Positions 37,476-40,752 of a DNA stretch of 40,752 nt are shown piece by piece. A program made the position numbers and the translations under genes. The first letter of the stretch is position 1. Each line of letters opens with the position of its first letter. Under the pieces are notes generated by a model. It ran no database searches and had not been told where the DNA came from. It worked only from the letters and a program-made list of their open reading frames with translations. Source of the stretch: a virus (lineage: Duplodnaviria > Caudoviricetes); IMG/VR virus record IMGVR_UViG_3300025782_000027, positions 1-40,752 of that record; one strand, written 5' to 3'.

Positions 37476-37894
37476 TCTTTCCTCCAATGCTCAAAGCTTT
37501 CGCGTAAGCGGTTAAACAAGTTGCGGGCGCTTTCGTTGGTCTTGAGTTCTTTCCTAGACTCAATATCGAGATAAGAGCAAAGCCACTCTGTACAAGCGGC
37601 CTCGTTTTGCTCAAATAGCCATTCCTTGCGGTGTAGCCATGACCAAAATTCTTTATCTCGGCATAGCATTCCTGCTATCTTTACCGCCATGTCTCCTGGG
37701 AATGCGTCTTCTCTTTCCATCGGTTGCTCGTTGTCCCCCAGTCGGACCATGACAACCACATAGCGAGAACCAATAAAGTCTCGCATAAGGTCATCACTGA
37801 TCTCGTCTGGGTGAATGGCTAGAGTGAGAATGTATCCTTCTTTCGATTGTTTTAAGGCGGTTTTAATTGCCTCGAACTGGATTGGTTCGCTCAA
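37472..37894 (-). CDS. Conserved phage protein
   Basis: AGMLCRDKEFW.WL...LCSYL.IESRKEL. Confidence 0.65.
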   Translation of the reverse strand: MSEPIQFEAIKTALKQSKEGYILTLAIHPDEISDDLMRDFIGSRYVVVMVRLGDNEQPMEREDAFPGDMAVKIAGMLCRDKEFWSWLHRKEWLFEQNEAACTEWLCSYLDIESRKELKTNESARNLFNRLRESFEHWRKE

Positions 37895-38033
37895 GTTTCT
37901 TCTCCAAATATTTGATAATGATCTCTTGTTCTTCGTTTTCTTTTGCCAAAAGCAATAGAACCTCTCTCAGGTTCTCAAGAGTCTGTTCAGTTGTCCCAGG
38001 GGTCTGGGACTGGGGTTTGCTGTTTTTTCTCAT
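37863..38033 (-). CDS. 56-aa coiled-coil protein (not in the ORF track)
   Basis: MRKNSKPQ...EQEIIIKYLEKKLERTNPVRGN; fills the gap between neighbouring genes. Confidence 0.5.
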   Translation of the reverse strand: MRKNSKPQSQTPGTTEQTLENLREVLLLLAKENEEQEIIIKYLEKKLERTNPVRGN

Positions 38034-38250
38034 AAGTATTTACCTTTAATGAAACCATGTGATTGCCTTCCTTGTCCTTTTTCTTCCAACCGTCAAGTTT
38101 GATTTTGACTTCTACATCCTCGCAGTTGTTAAGCATATGGAGCAAAAGTTCCTTGTCGATCTCGATGTAGCCGTTGAAGTGCGGTGACTTCTCGTTGAAC
38201 ATCTTCTTAGCGGTGAACAATACGCCAGTGTTTGGATAATCTACGCTCAT
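37987..38250 (-). CDS. Putative ssDNA-binding protein (DUF736-like)
   Basis: TGVLF...KSPHFNG.I.ID...GWKK...VSL, acidic/aromatic tail DPWDN; next to ERF. Confidence 0.55.
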   Translation of the reverse strand: MSVDYPNTGVLFTAKKMFNEKSPHFNGYIEIDKELLLHMLNNCEDVEVKIKLDGWKKKDKEGNHMVSLKVNTYEKKQQTPVPDPWDN

Positions 38251-38978
38251 TTGAATGATTCCTTCCTAATCTTAAATATGTCTAACAATTTGGCAAACTC
38301 TGTTGGGTACTCGGTCTTTAAACGCTCGTAGGACTCTTTATTGACACGGTAGATGTTTTGTACGTCCTCTGCGCTAGAAGTCGTTCCAATCAAGAATCTG
38401 GTGGCTTCCATCACAGATTTATCCCAAGATACACCTTCCTTTTCCACAACCCTGATCTGCCACTCCATCATTGGATCTTCTGATACGGTCATCTTCACGC
38501 CAGGAATGTCGGTATCTACACGCATAGTCGGCTTTGGATTCTCAACCTTGTAGGGCTTCTTTTCGACTTTGGGTGCAACTTGTTGCACTTCGCGAGGTAC
38601 TTCGGCGGGTGGCAGGGCATCAACCTGGTCATTTTCGGTCAACTCTAGCGCCATCAACCAAAGGTATCTGCGAAGATAAGTATGGGTACTGCCTAGGTCT
38701 TGGATGGGTTGTCCTTTAGGGTTGTGAGCCATGACTGTTGGCGTAAAGAATGTAATCTGCTCTCCAGACTCAACATCATGGATGCGTAGCGTAGCAGACG
38801 AATCGTCTAGGCTAAATACTCCGCATAGTCCTGCAATCCTGAATACATCATGGGCGGTAGGCAAAAAGTCACCCAATTCAAAATATTCGTAACCAGCAAA
38901 CTTATTCTTTCCTGATTTCTTAAGTGGCATAGTGGCCATTACAGCCCTGGCTTCCTGTAGTTTCTTAAATACTGTCAT
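38247..38978 (-). CDS. erf: ERF-family single-strand annealing protein
   Basis: KKSGKNKFAGYEYFELGDFLP, QDLGSTHTYLRRY...ALEL.E.D..D. Confidence 0.85.
   Translation of the reverse strand: MTVFKKLQEARAVMATMPLKKSGKNKFAGYEYFELGDFLPTAHDVFRIAGLCGVFSLDDSSATLRIHDVESGEQITFFTPTVMAHNPKGQPIQDLGSTHTYLRRYLWLMALELTENDQVDALPPAEVPREVQQVAPKVEKKPYKVENPKPTMRVDTDIPGVKMTVSEDPMMEWQIRVVEKEGVSWDKSVMEATRFLIGTTSSAEDVQNIYRVNKESYERLKTEYPTEFAKLLDIFKIRKESFK
38573..38588. repeat. 16-bp palindrome, perfect copy in reverse orientation (GTGCAACTTGTTGCAC)
   Basis: Read directly from the sequence; in the ERF linker. Confidence 0.95.
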
Positions 38979-39145
38979 TTTCTTTCTCCATTTTTAGGCT
39001 TGACATAAGTTCCTTGTTTTGCTGAATCCCAAAATAAAACCCCCTTTATCATCCGTTTGGCAACTTCCTTGCTAAGCTTTCGGCGGTTTCTGTACTGCTC
39101 TTGGTTCTCGAACGAATAACGTTCGGGTGTGTGTACCATCTCCAT
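38975..39145 (-). CDS. 56-aa basic protein (not in the ORF track)
   Basis: MEMVHTPERYSFENQEQYRNRRK...GVLFWDSAKQGTYVKP; TAATG and ATGA overlaps at its ends. Confidence 0.65.
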   Translation of the reverse strand: MEMVHTPERYSFENQEQYRNRRKLSKEVAKRMIKGVLFWDSAKQGTYVKPKNGERK

Positions 39146-39381
39146 TATTTCTTCTCCAATAACTCTGTTAGTTTTACAATTTTTGACTCTAAGAATCCAA
39201 TGATTCCTCGTTGCTCATATAAAAGCTCCATGTTTGCTTTCCCTTTTTCAATTGCCTTGTTGTATTCAATTTTTAAATTGCTGTAATCAACTAAAAGCTT
39301 GTTATACCCAGTAGCTAATTCTTCTTTTTCAGCACGCATTTCACGGTACGCCTTTGGATAATCAATTTTTACTCTTCCCAT
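39145..39381 (-). CDS. Coiled-coil hypothetical protein
   Basis: AGGAG RBS before MGRVKIDY. Confidence 0.65.
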   Translation of the reverse strand: MGRVKIDYPKAYREMRAEKEELATGYNKLLVDYSNLKIEYNKAIEKGKANMELLYEQRGIIGFLESKIVKLTELLEKK

Positions 39382-39383
39382 AA

Positions 39384-40262
39384 TTACTCCTTGTTTTCTA
39401 AGTATTTCTGATATTGGTCGCAAAACTTATTGACTGAGCAATAATTCTCGCAACGTGTCCTTTCTCCTGGGCGAACTACTACACTCGCCGCTCCTTTCAC
39501 AGTCTTCAAAGCCTCCTGAGCTTCGGCCTCTGTATCGTGCACGCTTGTGGCGCGTTTGTTTCCTTCCTTCATGACGGCATATGTGGTTGGCTTTTCCCAC
39601 ATCTGGTCAGATGTACATTCGGGCAAGCTATCGCCCATCTCTGCATCCATTTGCGCATTGGAATGGCTTTTGATGCAGTCAACTACAAAACTCTCACGTT
39701 GGTCATAAGGCCACAGATTAATCGGTAAAACGGTGATAGGAGCCTGCGGATAGCCTGGCTTAGTCTCAGCATCCCTTCTACTCCAATCACGCAACAGAGC
39801 CACGATTTCGAGCCGTTTAACAGGGATATTTTTAACTCGTTCAACCAACCAGGCATAGATGTTCAACTGGTATTCCCAGTCAATCTTCTCATTCATCACC
39901 GCCCAGACTCCAGTATTTTTGTAGTCCTGGATCGTGATAGAGCCATCTTCGTTAACAATTTGCAGGTCGATTGCACCTGATACAGTCCATCCCTCTATCT
40001 TTGTAAAGAGACGTTCTTCGTTGATATGGTTTTCCGCTTTACCGTGTTCTAGGATGCCGTGGACGGCTGTACCAAGAATAGACCAGTAATTGTCAGATAC
40101 ATCCACTTCGATTTCGTCAAAGTGTTTTTTGCGTAACTGGACAATACGCGGACTGTTGAGCATCTCAGTTGCAGATAAATCAGCTTTCCCCTTAGAGTAC
40201 TGGGGGCGCTTCATCACGTTTACAAAGACTTCGGGAATGTTAAATTTATTTGTTATGATCAT
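39384..40262 (-). CDS. PD-(D/E)xK Cas4/RecB-like exonuclease
   Basis: LSAT, GTAVH..LE, SGAID, DYK, QLNIY and C-terminal RC..YC....FC; AGGAG RBS before the ATG at 40262. Confidence 0.85.
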   Translation of the reverse strand: MIITNKFNIPEVFVNVMKRPQYSKGKADLSATEMLNSPRIVQLRKKHFDEIEVDVSDNYWSILGTAVHGILEHGKAENHINEERLFTKIEGWTVSGAIDLQIVNEDGSITIQDYKNTGVWAVMNEKIDWEYQLNIYAWLVERVKNIPVKRLEIVALLRDWSRRDAETKPGYPQAPITVLPINLWPYDQRESFVVDCIKSHSNAQMDAEMGDSLPECTSDQMWEKPTTYAVMKEGNKRATSVHDTEAEAQEALKTVKGAASVVVRPGERTRCENYCSVNKFCDQYQKYLENKE

Positions 40263-40272
40263 GTAGTTCTCC

Positions 40273-40316
40273 TGTGTTGGCAACACATTATAACCACATT
40301 AATTCATGTCTTGCAA
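40273..40316 (-). promoter_or_regulatory. Putative leftward sigma70 promoter with an operator-like palindrome
   Basis: On the - strand TTGCAA, 18-nt spacer, TATAAT (40292-40287); TGTGTTG-G-CAACACA at 40273-40287. Confidence 0.6.
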
Positions 40317-40324
40317 GGATATTT

Positions 40325-40633
40325 ATGGCAACATCACCAACTCAGTTAAGTCTCAAACATATGAGGAACAGGGGCTACTATGCTGAAGTGGTTGAACGTT
40401 ACAACTTTTTTACTAAACGCAAGAATGATTTTGCTGGATTTATTGACATACTGTGTTTAAAAGATGGTGTGTTGGGTGTGCAAACTACTTCGAATAACAA
40501 TGTTAGCGCCCGTGTAAATAAGATAAAAGAGCACGAAAACTATCCTATTGTTGTTGCATCGGGGATAAAAATAGAGGTGCACGGATGGCACAAGGTGAAA
40601 AACCGTTGGCAAGTGCGTATAGTTGAGTTATGA
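40325..40633 (+). CDS. PD-(D/E)xK-type endonuclease (VRR-NUC / resolvase-like)
   Basis: SPTQLSL...RGY..EVVE...DFAGFIDIL...GVQTTS...IEVHGW; AAGGA RBS. Confidence 0.65.
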   Translation: MATSPTQLSLKHMRNRGYYAEVVERYNFFTKRKNDFAGFIDILCLKDGVLGVQTTSNNNVSARVNKIKEHENYPIVVASGIKIEVHGWHKVKNRWQVRIVEL

Positions 40634-40668
40634 TTACGGCTGTATTTCTGTAGTTGCTTACTCCTTTT

Positions 40669-40696
40669 ATCCCGATCTGGTGTCGGGATTTTTTTT
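40669..40696 (+). terminator. Rho-independent terminator
   Basis: ATCCCGA-TCTGGTG-TCGGGAT stem-loop followed by a T run. Confidence 0.75.
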
Positions 40697-40752
40697 GCCT
40701 GTATACTTTAGCCGTGGGGTTGTAATACGGGTTAGCGCCGTATCACTTCAAA

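Noticed and set aside
1-40752. tRNA, rRNA, integrase, reverse transcriptase/DGR, intron or intein
   Set aside because: None recognisable by eye, and intergenic gaps are too short for RNA genes except at the truncated right end; a covariance search was not possible

Overview
This 40.7 kb window is a fragment of a tailed dsDNA phage genome, most likely podovirus-like (tail adaptor/nozzle-type genes and large ejection proteins, no tape measure seen) and infecting a Gram-negative host (spanins, lipoproteins). Bases 1-36515 are a tightly packed + strand late region. In order it holds: small Lys/His/Met-rich proteins with recurring xxGG motifs, head-tail and tail genes, Gly-rich and LamG/SPRY fibre genes, a GIY-YIG homing endonuclease, an extended lysis cassette (GH19 endolysin, Rz/Rz1), a 2OG-Fe(II) oxygenase, three internal-virion proteins and a 3775-aa polyvalent protein (N6-adenine MTase, Strawberry-notch SF2 helicase, HExxH peptidase, LPD38-like tail). 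Bases 36508-40262 are a convergent - strand early/recombination block (Cas4-like nuclease, ERF, SSB-like, RHH, DUF1364-like). No capsid, portal or terminase gene is in the window. Most notable signals: (1) a 16-bp palindrome GTGCAAC-WW-GTTGCAC in 6 perfect and 2 near-perfect copies, all inside ORFs; (2) a 131-aa gene with a strong RBS overprinted inside the giant gene; (3) apparent systematic Asp-to-Cys replacement in ejection proteins; (4) a di-glycine motif shared by the small basic proteins and the ejection proteins. All family assignments come from motif recognition, not database searches.
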